Shown: positions 49,918 to 62,855 of the stretch, piece after piece
How positions within the stretch are numbered: the stretch's first letter is position 1
Layout: the number at the start of each line of letters is the position of its first letter
Source: Octopus sinensis
Lineage: Eukaryota
Assembly: GCF_006345805.1 (NCBI RefSeq)
Contig: NC_043022.1
Span: 14,198,001-14,262,000 of the forward strand
Reading direction: 5' to 3'
DNA: 64,000 nucleotides
Made by a program: the position numbers and the translations under genes
The notes under the pieces: model-generated
The model's database searches: none
Told to the model about the DNA's origin: nothing
The model's input: the letters and a program-made list of their open reading frames with translations, nothing else

Positions 49918-51145
49918 AATGGTAATGGGAGCAAAAAATAACTGGGAAAGATCAATGGGTTTGTGGCTCGGCACCTGGAGAAGCAAACCCATGCTGTCCA
50001 ACAGCGTCTCCATCGTGGGATGCTGGACCAATGAGCCGGTTAAATTGCTTGGGGTCTGGTTTAGTCCAGACCTCCAAATAGGGAAGAACTGGGACGAGAC
50101 AATGAGTAGAGGGGTTACTCTCACCCAGCTATGGGCTGAAAGGAAGCTATCTCTAAAAGGTCAGGCTGACATGGTGAATGCGTACATCACGTCATCTACT
50201 ACCTATTTCTTTACTACCCACAAGGGGCTAAACACAGAGCGGACAAACAAGGACAGACATACGTATTAAGTCAATTACATCGACCCCAGTGCGTAACTGG
50301 TACTTAATTTATCGACCCCGAAAGGATGAAAGGCAAAGTCAACCTCAGCGGAATTTGAACTCACAACGTAACGCAGACGAAATACCGCTAAGCATTTCGC
50401 CTGGCGTGCTAACGTTTCTGCCAGCTCGCCGCCTTATCTACTACCATCATCTACTACCGTCTGACCGTCATACCTTGTCCTGACCCTACCATCATGAAAC
50501 TAGAATACATACTCTTCTGCTTTTTGTAGAAGGGAAGCTCTCTGATGGTCAGGCAACATCTGCTAAATGGAGGGCTGTGTATGCCGTGGTTAATGATGCA
50601 CAGACATGCGCTGAAACTGTGACATCTCCAGTGTTTCATTGACAACGGTGAACAGGTGTGGTCACCGTTTGTGAGACGCACCTTCCCGCAGCTTGTCTCT
50701 TTGGCCGAACTGCAATTATGGATCAAGCAGAGACCGAGGTTGGGCGAATGGCACCACAAATGTTGCCAAGCTCTGGAGCAGCTTTGCCATCTGGGATCAG
50801 ACTTGTGCAACTTCAAATCCACCAGGGTGTTCTATAGAGGACTAGTGGAGGTGAGGTCTGATGCCATTCTTGGGGAGAATCTGGGCGTCGATAGGAAATA
50901 CATGACCCACCTCTTCAGGACCACATTCGGGCCAGGACCTATGGACAATTTCCAGAGATCCCTGGCCTGGCAGTGCTATGAAAAAGCATTGCCTGTTCAA
51001 GAGAAGGTCTTCTGACATGGTTCAAGAAACACCTAACCGACCTGCCCAAGATGCAGTCAGAATGATGAAACCTTTCACCACGTCAGCCTGACTTTTAGAG
51101 ATAGCTTCCTCTCAGCTCATAGCTGGGTGAGAGTGACCACTCTAC
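49918..51145 (+). mobile_element. L1/Tx1-clade LINE ORF2 3' relic interrupted by a SINE
   Basis: VKLLGVWF..KNWDE..WAERKLSLKG..VNAYI thumb region; WQCYEKALPV and CPRC..ETFHH zinc-finger region; multiple stops. Confidence 0.8.
50204..50435 (-). mobile_element. SINE family 3 with target-site duplication
   Basis: ATCTACTACC at 50194-50203 and 50436-50445. Confidence 0.8.
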
Positions 51146-51164
51146 ATGTTTTACATATATATAT

Positions 51165-51622
51165 AGGAAAAGTTTAGATTAGAAAAATATGTTTGTGATA
51201 TATTTCAACATCCAAAGACCAATTCACTTATGGTAAAAAGGTGGAAAAACATCAAATCTGTCCTGTGCTGCCCCTGTCAAATTCTCAGATTCTGTTTCTA
51301 GCTGTTTAACCATTATCAATGGGTAATAATGAAGAGAGGCAACTCTGGACAGACTTATTAAATCCATAGCTTTAACTAAAACACTGTGTTTTAGTTAAAG
51401 CTTTAAAGCTGTTCAGAGTTACCTCTATTTGTTATTTCTCATTCTTAACAGCCAAACAGCTAGAAACATGTCTGGGAATCCAAAAGGGATAGCACTGACC
51501 AGATACGGTGTTTTTACACCTCTCTACCATAAGAGAGAATGTTTTCTCCATGGTAACTGCAGTGAATTTGCTTTTAAAAGTTGAAATGTCAAACATATTT
51601 TAACAAACTTAAATTTTGCATA
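51165..51622. repeat. Diverged ~450-bp palindromic element
   Basis: Centre AGCTTTAACTAAAACAC T GTGTTTTAGTTAAAGCT; arms mirror each other (GTTTCTAGCTGTTT / AAACAGCTAGAAAC). Confidence 0.75.
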
Positions 51623-51754
51623 TGCCTAAACACATATCTATATACACTTGCATGCATGCATGTATGTATGTATGTATGTATGTATGTATGAATGCATGTA
51701 TGTACTTATCTATCTATCTATCTATCTACACACACACACACACATATATATATA

Positions 51755-51960
51755 TATCTGTAAAATAATATGTGACAATTATTCAATAGCCAAGATCAAA
51801 CTCTGAGTTTCGGATGCCAAGGTGGAAATCCACAACATCATCTCTTCGGTTATCTGGCCAGATAACCGAAGAGATGGTGTTGTGGATTTCCACCTCGGCA
51901 TCCGAAACTCAGAGGTTTATCTTGGCTATTGAATAACTTTCACATATTATTTTACAGATA
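51755..51960. repeat. Loopless 206-bp palindrome, each arm carrying a hammerhead-like motif
   Basis: Centre TCTGG|CCAGA at 51857/51858. Confidence 0.85.
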
Positions 51961-52023
51961 AATTTCCTCTATTTACATAATATTGAGGTCTCTTTCTTTC
52001 TTTTGTTATCTTACCGTTTTTAC

Positions 52024-52079
<56 letters not shown>

Positions 52080-52328
52080 ATATATATGTGAATTAGAAAA
52101 GAAACACCTTTAATCAATTCAAAATGAACAATTAAATTACACCATCTAGAAAATTACATATAATAGAATTATTAAAATTAAAATAACAATAATATACCGA
52201 TGATTAAGTAAATTTTTTCCCAAAATCTAATTTTTATATATATATATTATATTTTGTGAAATTTGATTTAGTATTTCTAAATTGAATTTTTCCCTGTAAG
52301 TTAGGAATAATATTCCCTCAAATAATTA

Positions 52329-52364
<36 letters not shown>

Positions 52365-52366
<2 letters not shown>

Positions 52367-52910
52367 GGTGGCTGCCCCCTCGTTATTGAGAATGGCCATT
52401 GCACGAAGCTTAATCAATGTTGTTATTGTGCAATGCCTGTGCAAGAAGATTTTTTTTTAAGTGAGGAAAGGCTGTGCACTGAGTCAATCTCACTCACTAA
52501 GCAACAGCAGCCATAATCCGAAAAGAAGAGCAAGTCAACATCATCGGTAACCACTGAGCCGCAGGTTTTATGTCGGAGTTATCCCAGTTACCCGAGTTAC
52601 CTTCTCCTAGAAGGATGCCTTACCAAAGGCTAGCAGTCCTTCACTCCCCATGGTTTAATCGCGCAATTGGGTATAATTTCTATGTCCCCGCGCATGATAC
52701 AGCCTTAAGACATTTATTGGATGGCCGTTGACTCTCAAGAGTTCCTCCGCCCTGTGACGAGTTTTGTTTTTCATCCCGCAGGGTGTCCAATAAACACCCT
52801 CCTCACCAAGCAAGCTTGGTGGGGTTGCCGGTTTAGTTGCCGATGACCCGACCATGCAACAGGTTGTACTGGGTTACATGTTACCAGTAGCACTCGAAAG
52901 TGACCTGACA
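52365..52910 (-). mobile_element. Non-autonomous RTE-related element (5'-UTR-like); related copy at 40390-40600
   Basis: GGTAAGGCATCCTTCTAGGAGAAGG motif reminiscent of RTE 5' UTRs; shared CCAAGCTTGCTTGGTG block. Confidence 0.5.
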
Positions 52911-52932
52911 TAATATATATATATATACATAT

Positions 52933-52999
<67 letters not shown>

Positions 53000-53007
53000 T
53001 ACATTGA

Positions 53008-53395
53008 TTGAAGCACTCCATCGGTTACGACGATGAGGGTTCCGGTTGATCCGAATCAACGGAACAGCCTGCTCGTGAAATTAACGTGTAAGTGGCTGAG
53101 CACTCCACAGACACATGCACCCTTAACGTAGTTCTCGGGGATATTCAGCGTGACACAGAGAGTGACAAGGCTGGCCCTTTGAAATACAGGTACAACAGAA
53201 ACAGGAAGAAAGAGTGAGAGAAAGTTGTGGTGAAAGAGTACAGCAGGGATCGCCACCATCCCCTGCCGGAGCCTCGTGGAGCTTTTTTAGGTGTTTTCGC
53301 TCAATAAACACTCACAACGCCTGGTCTGGGAATCGAAACCGCAATCCTATGACCGCGAGTCCGCTGCCCTAACCACTGGGCCATTGCGCCTCCAC
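53008..53395 (-). mobile_element. tRNA-derived SINE family 2, tail type b
   Basis: Same head and body as the 48015 and 54870 copies but an unrelated 3' half. Confidence 0.8.
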
Positions 53396-53430
53396 AATAC
53401 ATACATACATACATATACACACACACATAC

Positions 53431-53650
53431 ATGAGGAAGTGCAGAAAATTTCTTGGCTTTTGTTAAAAGATAATGCAGGGGGTTCAGTTAATTTTGATTT
53501 TATTCAACGTATTCCCCTCTCAGAGTCACCCACTTATTACAGTGGTCCTTCAGTTATTTTTAAGCCCAGTAAAAGATGTGGGAAGTTTGAACCTCCAACC
53601 AGACACTTTGTGACACCCTTGAAACCAGGAACTTTAGCGGCACCCCTTGT
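53431..53650 (-). mobile_element. Mariner-derived MITE family A
   Basis: Reverse complement of 6796-7015. Confidence 0.75.
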
Positions 53651-53754
53651 TTGTGTGTGTGTGTGTGTGTGTGTGCATATATCTACGTATGAATGCAATG
53701 TATGCATATGTCTATACGCACACATACATATATATATATATATATATACTTTTC

Positions 53755-54786
<1,032 letters not shown>

Positions 54787-54869
54787 TATTATATATATAT
54801 ATATATATAATATATATATAATATATATATAGATATATATTACACATAAATACATGTATATATATATAT

Positions 54870-55177
54870 CCACCGTGACCACCGTGACCGATCAGGCTAT
54901 CAGATGTTGTTACACATCATTGGTCACAATGCGCTTCGCATTGTTTTAGCCTTCAAATCATGCCACCCCGCTGGCTAAGCGAGCAGGCCAACAGAAGAAA
55001 GAGTGAGAGAAAGTTGTGGTGAAAGTGTAGAGCAGGGTTCGCCACCAACCCCTGCCAGAGCCTCGTGGAGCTTTAGGTGTTTTCGCTCAATAAACACTCA
55101 CAACGCCCGGTCTGGGAATCGAAACCGCGATCCTACGACCGCGAGTCCACTGCCCTAACCACTGGGCCATTGCGACT

Positions 55178-55181
<4 letters not shown>
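54870..55181 (-). mobile_element. SINE family 2, tail type a
   Basis: Matches 48015-48311. Confidence 0.8.
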
Positions 55182-55228
<47 letters not shown>

Positions 55229-55784
55229 CATATATTTACATGTTTATGTGTGTGTGTGTGTGTGAATGTTTGTTTGTGTGTGTGTGTGTGTGTGTGAGAG
55301 CATTTCACTGTCTCTACCTGTCTGGCAAGTTATGCGAACTGAGACCCTGGCCCTTGACCCAGTTCCTTTCAGCAACTCGGTGGCATTGTGCCAGCGGGCC
55401 GTGTCATATGAGTGCGTCAAAAGTTTAAGACTCTTCACAATAGAATGGCCTAGTAAGGACAAACATAAACAAAATGGGTTTCTGGCGGGCTTTTCCTTTT
55501 ATCATCATTGCCTTCTTAAACGGTTTCTTTGTCTCACCCACGCTATAACTGTTATGTAATCATATAAATTCTTTCATTCTTTTACTTGTTTCAGTCATTT
55601 GACTGTGGCCATGCTGGAGCAATAACTCAAAGAGTTTTAGTTCACTGGAGCATCTACCTCCATTGCTGGCATGGTCATCTCGATAACGGAAGCTATCAAC
55701 TATTTCTAGGTGTCCCCCTTGAAGCACAGTGCCAGAAGCATTGTGTCCAGTGGTGGCTCATAGATAAAATTAGTTGGGGTGTTA

Positions 55785-56595
55785 TGGTTGTGAGCTGGCA
55801 GAAATATTAGCATGCCGGGTAAAATACTTTTTGGTATTTAGTCTGCCGCTACGTTCTGAGTTCAAATTCCGCCAAGGTCGACTTTGTCTTTCATCCTTTC
55901 GGGGTCGATTAAATAAGTACCAGTTACGCACTGGGGTCGATATAATCGACTTAATCCGTTTGTTTGTCCTTGTTTGTCCACTCTGTGTTTAGCCCCTTGT
56001 GGGTAGTAAAGAAATAGGTATTTTATCTGCCGCTAAGTTCTGAGTTCAAATTCCACCGAGGTTGACTTTGTCTTTCATCCTTTCGGGGGTGATAAATTAA
56101 GTACCAGTTACACACTGGGGCTGATGTAACCGACTTAATCCGTTTGTCTGTCCTTGTTTGTCCTCTCTGTGTTTAGCCCCTTGTGGGTAGTAAACAAATA
56201 GGTAATTCATCTGTCTTTACATTCTGAGTTCAAATTCTGCCAAGGTCGACTTTACCTTTTATCCTTTCATGGTCAAGAAATTAAGTACCAGTTGTGTACT
56301 GGAGTCAGTCTAATCGACTGGCTTTCTCTCCAAAAATTTCAGGCCTTGTGCCTAGAGAAGAAAAGAATATTTTAGTATTAAGAAGATGGTGAGCTGGCAG
56401 AAATGTTAGCACGCCGGGCGAAATGCTTAGTGGTATTTCGTCTGTCTTGACGTTCTAAGTTCAAACTCTGCTGAGGTCAACTTTGCCTTTCATCCTTTCG
56501 AGGTCGATAAATTAAGTACCAGTTGCATACTGGGGTCAAGTGAATTAACTGTCTCCTTTCCCAAAAATTTTGAGTCATGTGATTAGAGTAGAAAA
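55785..56595 (+). mobile_element. SINE family 3 tandem array (184-bp period) plus a further copy
   Basis: TTCTGAGTTCAAATTC at 55854, 56038 and 56222; new head at ~56383. Confidence 0.8.
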
Positions 56596-56673
56596 AAAAA
56601 GATAAAATTATTCGGGGTGCTGCTTCAGAAAATGTTTAGCCATTGTTTTAATTTTGTGTAAAAAGAAACAAAC

Positions 56674-57009
56674 ATAAGTAAAAAAAACTATGTACGTTTC
56701 ATGGCTACAATTAAATTCGAATTACAATTAAATTTTAATTTAATTTAAAATTATAGTCAATCTTCAGGTTAACTATAAAAGTTAAATAAATAAGCAAATA
56801 CAGTTAAACAATATTTATTTGAAAATAAATAAAATAATAATTTTTCTTGTAGAAAAAACACCATTAACTAAATTTGAAACTTAAAACATTAGGTTTAATT
56901 CCTACAACACATTTATTATGTTAATATTTAATATTTCAATTGTATTTAAATTTAATTGAAACTTGAATTTAATTGTAGCCATGAAACATACGTAGTTTTT
57001 TTTACTTAT
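56674..57009. repeat. AT-rich inverted repeat (MITE-like)
   Basis: ATAAGTAAAAAAAACTATGTACGTTTCATGGCTACAATTAAATTC mirrored at ~56965-57009. Confidence 0.75.
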
Positions 57010-57141
57010 TATATATTGATCATTCATTTTTATACTGTTTGAGATCTAGTTATATGTTTTATAAAAATATATATTTTTTTATTTATGATTTGGTTTATGT
57101 CTATCATTGTTTGAATTGCATAATAGTGTTTTTTTTCTGTA

Positions 57142-57179
<38 letters not shown>

Positions 57180-57181
<2 letters not shown>

Positions 57182-58085
57182 GCGCAGGAGTGGCTGTGTG
57201 GTAAGTAGCTTGCTAACCAGCCACATGGTTCCGGGTTCAGTCCCACTGCGTGGCACCTTGGGCAAGTGTCTTCTGCTTTAGACCCGGGCCGACCAATGCC
57301 TTGTGAGTGGATTTGGTAGACGGAAACTGAAAGAAGCCCGTCGTATATATGTATATATATGTATGAGTGTGTGTATGTGTTTGTGTTTGTGTGTCTGTGT
57401 TTGTCCCCCTAGCATTGCTTGACAACCGATGCTGGTGTGTTCACGTCCCCGTCACTTAGCGGTTCGGCAAAAGAGACCGATAGAATAAGTACTGGGCTTA
57501 CAAAGAATAAGTCCGGAGTCGATTTGCTCGACTAAAAAAGGTGGTGCTCCAGCATGGCCGCAGTCAAATGACTGAAACAAGTAAAAGAGTAAAAGAGTAA
57601 AAGAGTATATATATATACATATATATTATATATATATATATATATAATATATATATATTATGCGCAGGAGTGGAGGGTGTGGTAAGTAGCTTGCTAACCA
57701 GCCACATGGTTCCGGGTTCAGTCCCACTGCGTGGCACCTTGGGCAAGTGTCTTCTGCTTTAGACCCGGCCGACCAATGCCTTGTGAGTGGATTTGGTAGA
57801 CGGAAACTGAAAGAAGCCCGTCGTATATATGTATATATATGTATGAGTGTGTGTAGTGTTATGTGTTTGTGTGTCTGTGGTTGTCCCCCTAGCATGCTTG
57901 ACAACCGATGCTGGTGTGTTCACGTTCCCGTCACTTAGCGGTTCAGGCAAAAGAGACCGATAGAATAAGTACTGGGCTTACAAAAATAAGTCCGGAGTCG
58001 ATTTGCTGACTAAAAAAGGTGGTGCTCCAGCATGGCCGCAGTCAAATGACTGAAACAAGTAAAAGAGTAAAAGAGTAAAAGAGTA
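57180..58085 (+). mobile_element. Two tandem, near-identical SINE-1 copies
   Basis: Share private variants (TTCTGCTTTAGACC, GTCCGGAGTC, TAAAAAAGGTGG). Confidence 0.9.
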
Positions 58086-58120
58086 TATATATATACATAT
58101 AATATCTATATATATATATC

Positions 58121-58209
<89 letters not shown>

Positions 58210-58512
58210 TATAATATGTATGTGTGTACGTATGTATATAATTTCAAGGGCAAGCCTGAATTTGATAATTCTCTCTTTGTTTAATCTCTGTTCGTTTTGT
58301 CTGTCCCGTCCTTTCTCTTGCTGTGAAGTTAGTTCACTTCTCTTCTGGTCAGCCATTGCACTGGTTCACATGAAACTTTTATCTCCCTGTTTTTCTCTTT
58401 CCTTCATTCTCGTTCTCATGTTATATATTATTGTTTGTCTATTGTGTTGCAACAATAGAGACAATGAGAATATGTACATACACACACACACACACACGTA
58501 TATATATATATA

Positions 58513-58924
58513 TACTCTTTTACTCTTTTACTTGTTTCAGTCATTTGACTGCGGCCATGCTGGAGCACCGCCTTTAGTCGAGCAAATCGACCCCGGGACT
58601 TATTTTTTTGTAAGCCCAGTACTTATTCTATCGGTCTCTTTTGCCGAACCGCTAAGTGACGGGGACGTAAACACACCAGCATCGGTTGTCAAGCAATGCT
58701 AGGGGGACAAACACAGACACACAAACACACACATACATATATATACATATACATATATACGACAGGCTTCTTTCAGTTTCAGTCTACCAAATCCACTCAC
58801 AAGGCATTGGTCGGCCCAGGGCTATAGCAGAAGACACCTGCCCAAGATGCCACGCAGTGGGACTGAACCTGGAACCATGTGGCTGGTTAGCAAGTTACTT
58901 ACCACACAGCCACTCCTGCGCCTA
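58513..58924 (-). mobile_element. SINE family 1, full length
   Basis: Family similarity. Confidence 0.9.
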
Positions 58925-59075
58925 TAATATATATATATATATAAAACATCCTATATATATTTTTATTTTTGTTTTTATTCTCTTATCTCCCTTTATGCTT
59001 CCTATATCCATCCTTTTCCAAAATAACTCCTCATATTGAACTCTTCTATTTCCCTCTGCTTAACTCTCTCACATT

Positions 59076-59123
59076 GTCTTTGATGAAGGGATATCCGCAA
59101 TATCCCAGATCCAGCTGTAAGAC
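59076..59123 (+). ncRNA. Degenerate hammerhead in a Penelope-like fragment (~58945-59190)
   Basis: GUCU UUGAUGA A GGGAUAU-CCGCA-AUAUCCC AGAUC CAGCUG UA AGAC; core mutated. Confidence 0.45.
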
Positions 59124-59539
59124 CAACATTTTCTTTATAAATGTCCTCAAAATTCCACACAGCCTTGACTTTGTTGTCTTATTTTATCTAACACACACAC
59201 ACACAGTCACACACATACATTTATTTATATATATATATTTTTTATTTTGACTACACATGCATAAGCACTGGGGAACTGCAGTACTCCCTATTTCTACTCG
59301 ATATTATTCAATATAATGAGTCCTTCTTTCTTTATACTTGCACATTATATAACCCTTAAGCTTAATGTCAGTAACCATCCCCTAGTTTATGAAAAAAATA
59401 CAGTTCCAGCGATGCAGTGCTTCACTTTTGTGCTCATGCTCACATGTCTGAGATAGGAAGCTGCACACTAGGAAGAGAGAGCACTGTTGTTAACGCAGTA
59501 GGGTCTGTTGGGCACAGTCTGTGAGAAAAACCACACCAT

Positions 59540-60212
59540 AACACAATTCATTCTGCCATAAATTTGAAAGCAACATGCTGTACTACTTTGCATTTGTGCC
59601 AGAAGCTCTGATACGAACATTTCGGAGTGTTTGTGCGTCAATCTGAGGACATGTACCAAGAGTGAAAAAAATCAAACATCCAGTCAACATCATGGTGTTT
59701 GGAGTTATCACTAGCGATGGCGAGGTTATGCCTCCACTCATCTTCCCACATGGCCTCAGGCTCAACACGGAGGCCTACATCAAGTACCTGGAGGAGGTGG
59801 TGCTACTCTGGGTAAAGAGAGTGGCTGCTGGAAGACCTTAAGGTCTGGCAACAGGACTCTGCACCATGCCACACAAGCAGGAGAACCCAGGAATGGCTTT
59901 CAGACAATTTCTGTGACCACATCACCCCTAACATCTGGCCACCTTACTCCCCAGACTGCAACCCTCTTGATTATTATGTGTGGGGCGCAGTTGAGCGAGA
60001 AACCAACAAAACTCCTTGTAACAGCAAAGATGAATTGAAGGCAAGGATTATGGCAGCATTCGCCAACTTAAATAAGGATTCTGAAGTCATCTGGAGGTTG
60101 AAGCCAATAGCGATTTTATTGAATAAATTTACTCTTTAGTATTTCAAGATATTTTTATGTAATTTTGGTAAATATATCTGTTAAAATGAGATGTGAGTGT
60201 TATTTTCATTTT
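59540..60212 (+). mobile_element. Internally deleted maT (DD37D) Tc1/mariner transposase relic
   Basis: KHPVNIMVFGVITSDG..YIKYLEEVV..QQDSAPCHT..WPPYSPDCNPLDYYVWG; 37 residues between the last two D; stop/frameshift at ~59838. Confidence 0.85.
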
Positions 60213-60246
60213 TACATATACATATACATATATATATAGATATATT

Positions 60247-60277
<31 letters not shown>

Positions 60278-60296
60278 CTCAGATGCAGCACAAAGC

Positions 60297-60347
60297 TTTG
60301 TCAGGGAACAGGTCGCGGTCTCAAAGCGACGAAAATGTTTTGACAAA
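60297..60347 (+). ncRNA. Variant hammerhead-like motif (G3-C8 family)
   Basis: UUUGUCA GGGAACA G GUCGC-loop-GCGAC GAAA AUGU UU UGACAAA. Confidence 0.45.
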
Positions 60348-60431
60348 TTAAATTTAAATGTTAAAGTGAATCTAACGGTTTTTGTGTGTTTCTTAAATGG
60401 CTTATAAACACACACACATATATATATATGT

Positions 60432-60558
60432 ATAAACTAATTTCAACAGATTTCACCCAAATTTGACGTTGATATTACTTAGTTTGGTTTGAAATAAAGA
60501 ATTTGATTAGCTTAATAATCGTAACTTAATCCCGGGGAAAGCCGGATTATACTGCTAG
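60432..60558 (+). mobile_element. Helitron 3' end
   Basis: Hairpin CCGGGGAAAGCCGG followed by CTAG|T. Confidence 0.6.
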
Positions 60559-60582
60559 TATATATATATATATATATATATA

Positions 60583-61095
60583 CAGGGGTTGGACAAAATA
60601 ATGGAAATACCTTAAAATTTCAAGCAAATTTATTTTAATATAGGATAGGACTGCCTTTGGCAGTAATTACAGCTTAAATTTCTTTGAGGTATGGACCTGT
60701 ACAAAGTTTGAATTATTTCCAAAGGAATTTTTGTCCATTCTTCAGCTAAAACAGTCTCCAGTTCTTGTAATAATGATGATGGAAGATATCGACTCTGTAC
60801 ATGTTTTTCTAAAATGCACCATAAATGTTCAGTAATATTGAGATCTGGGGACTGTGGTGGCCAGATAAGATGTTCAACTTCACTAGAATGTTCCTCGTGC
60901 CATTCAGTAACAACTTTAGCTGTGTGAATTGGTGCATTATCATCCTGAAATATTGTTTCTGGAGGGAAACAGTTCCACAACCATAGGATGAATTTGATCA
61001 GATAAAATGCATAAATAGTCTTGACTATTAATTCTGCCACAAAGGGAAACCATTTGGCCGGCAGATTTCCAAGATATAGCCCGCCAGATTATGAC
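60583..61095 (-). mobile_element. Tc1-like transposase 3' relic (D36E spacing) with one TIR
   Basis: FQDDNAPIHTAK..WPPQSPDLNITEHLW; TA-CAGGGGTTGGACAAAATAATGGAAA terminus; frameshifts. Confidence 0.85.
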
Positions 61096-61208
61096 AAAAC
61101 AATGTCCATGATAACACTTCCAATCAGTTAAGATCAGAAGCCATGAGGGCCACTGCCTGGTACTACATCAGAGCATTTATTATTATCATCATCATCATCA
61201 TTATTCGT

Positions 61209-61550
61209 GTCACTGCCTGGAATTGAAATCAGAATCTTAGGGTTAGTAGCCCGTGCTCTTAACCACTATGCCATATGCCTATGGGCGTAGTGGTTAAGAG
61301 CGCAGGCTACTAACCCCAAGATTCAGAGTTCGATTTCAGGCAGTGACATGAATAATAATAATAATAATATTAATCATAGCAACATTGAAAAATACCTTAG
61401 GATTGAGAACCCAGATTCTAAATCTCTCCAAGACAGCTGATGAAGTCTGGAGAAAATATCAGCTCAAACACGTTAACAACAAACAAGATGAGGACAAATA
61501 TCCATCAAATGTAAATAATGTACATAATTCCTCATCTCTTAAATATAGGA
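61209..61550 (+). mobile_element. Head-to-head tRNA-like pair followed by an (AAT)n tract and a degenerate hammerhead (61434-61480)
   Basis: GGCGTAGTGGTTAAGAGC..GAGTTCGATTTC on both strands; CTGATGA at 61437; another tRNA-like copy at 28445-28525. Confidence 0.55.
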
Positions 61551-61714
61551 CTATATTCAATTTCAGTGTTTATCCATAACGTTGTTGCTTTTACACTTGT
61601 TAATTAAATTTACCTGCCCATAAAAGTCAAATTAACTCAGCAAGATCAGCTAAAATTACTTAACTATAAACCAGTGGTATAAAAAGCACCCACTGACAAA
61701 ATTTCCAAATAAAT

Positions 61715-62121
61715 CTTACTCTTTACTCTTTTACTTGTTTCAGTCATTTGACTGTGGTCATGCTGGAGCACCACCTTTAGTCGAGGAAATGGACCCCAGG
61801 AATTATTCTTTGTAAGCCTAGTACTTATTCTATCAGTCTCTTAAGCTGAACTGCTAAGTTACGGGGACGTAAACACACCAGCATTGGTTGTCAAGCGATG
61901 TTGGGAAGACAAACACAGACACACAAACATACACACACACATACATATATATACATATATACGATGAGCTTCTTTCAGTTTCCGTCTACCAAATTCACTC
62001 ACAATGATTTGGTTGGCCCGAAGCTATAGTAGAAGACACTTGCCCAAGGTGCCACGTAGTGGGACTGAACCCTGAACCACGTGGTCGGTAAGCAAGCTCC
62101 TTACCACACAGCCACTCCTGC
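61715..62121 (-). mobile_element. SINE family 1
   Basis: Family similarity. Confidence 0.88.
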
Positions 62122-62749
62122 AACTATTGTCTATTTTTTTTCTTTTTCCATAATATTAATCATTTTCAATTGATTTCATGTTTCGTGACACATTTTAAGC
62201 CACTCAGATTGATCCAGAATATAACTTTCCCAAAATATTTAGTCTTAGTGATTCTTTCAGCTGATCCTTATAACTTAGCAGGCAGTCTACCACACAATCC
62301 CTTTGCTTCAGGGCCACTTAATGTATTGGGATAGTTTTCATACAATAATATTGTCCAAGCTTTAAAAACCAAAAACACAGAACTTTTTGTTTTATCAACC
62401 TTCGCCACATCCTTCTCCATAATCACAAGAAGTTGAAGTAGCATGGATTATAAAACCTGGAGTAGTCATTCGCTGAAAATATCAAGTGATCCTGTTTGTC
62501 GCTTCTTTATATATTATTCCAGTTTATAAAACAGCTGAATGGAAGAACGCAGAGAAATTAAACGGAATTTGTCTCTCAGAACTTAATATTCATTTTTCAC
62601 TGACGTTATTACTGTTATTTCTTTATTTTCTACAGACAAAATGTACAAATAAGTTACACGTTTGCCTCATGTTATATATACAATAATAATAAAAGACCTT
62701 ACCAAAAACATTTTTACAAACCAAAGACGTTATATAGACCTCCTTAGAG

Positions 62750-62855
62750 AAGGGGTGCGTATTATACACAAGGTTTAGGTTTTTCAGAGGTAAAGCCCCA
62801 TAAAGATCCCCTGCGTATTATACTCAAGGGCGGGCTATACTTGAGGATGTATGGC
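62750..62855. mobile_element. Tc2/pogo-like transposon terminus
   Basis: Repeated TGCGTATTATAC.CAAG and terminal GGCGGGCTATACTTGAGGATGTATGG resemble Tc2-type CCGTA..CTCGAGTATA ends. Confidence 0.5.

Noticed and set aside
52580-52660. Possible HDV-like ribozyme in the RTE 5'-UTR-like element
   Set aside because: Could not assemble the nested double pseudoknot by eye; needs a covariance-model search
58250-58356. ORF start MADQKRSELTSQQEKGRDRQNEQRLNKE with good Kozak context
   Set aside because: No canonical GT donor before it runs into (TA)n and no recognisable homology; cannot be supported
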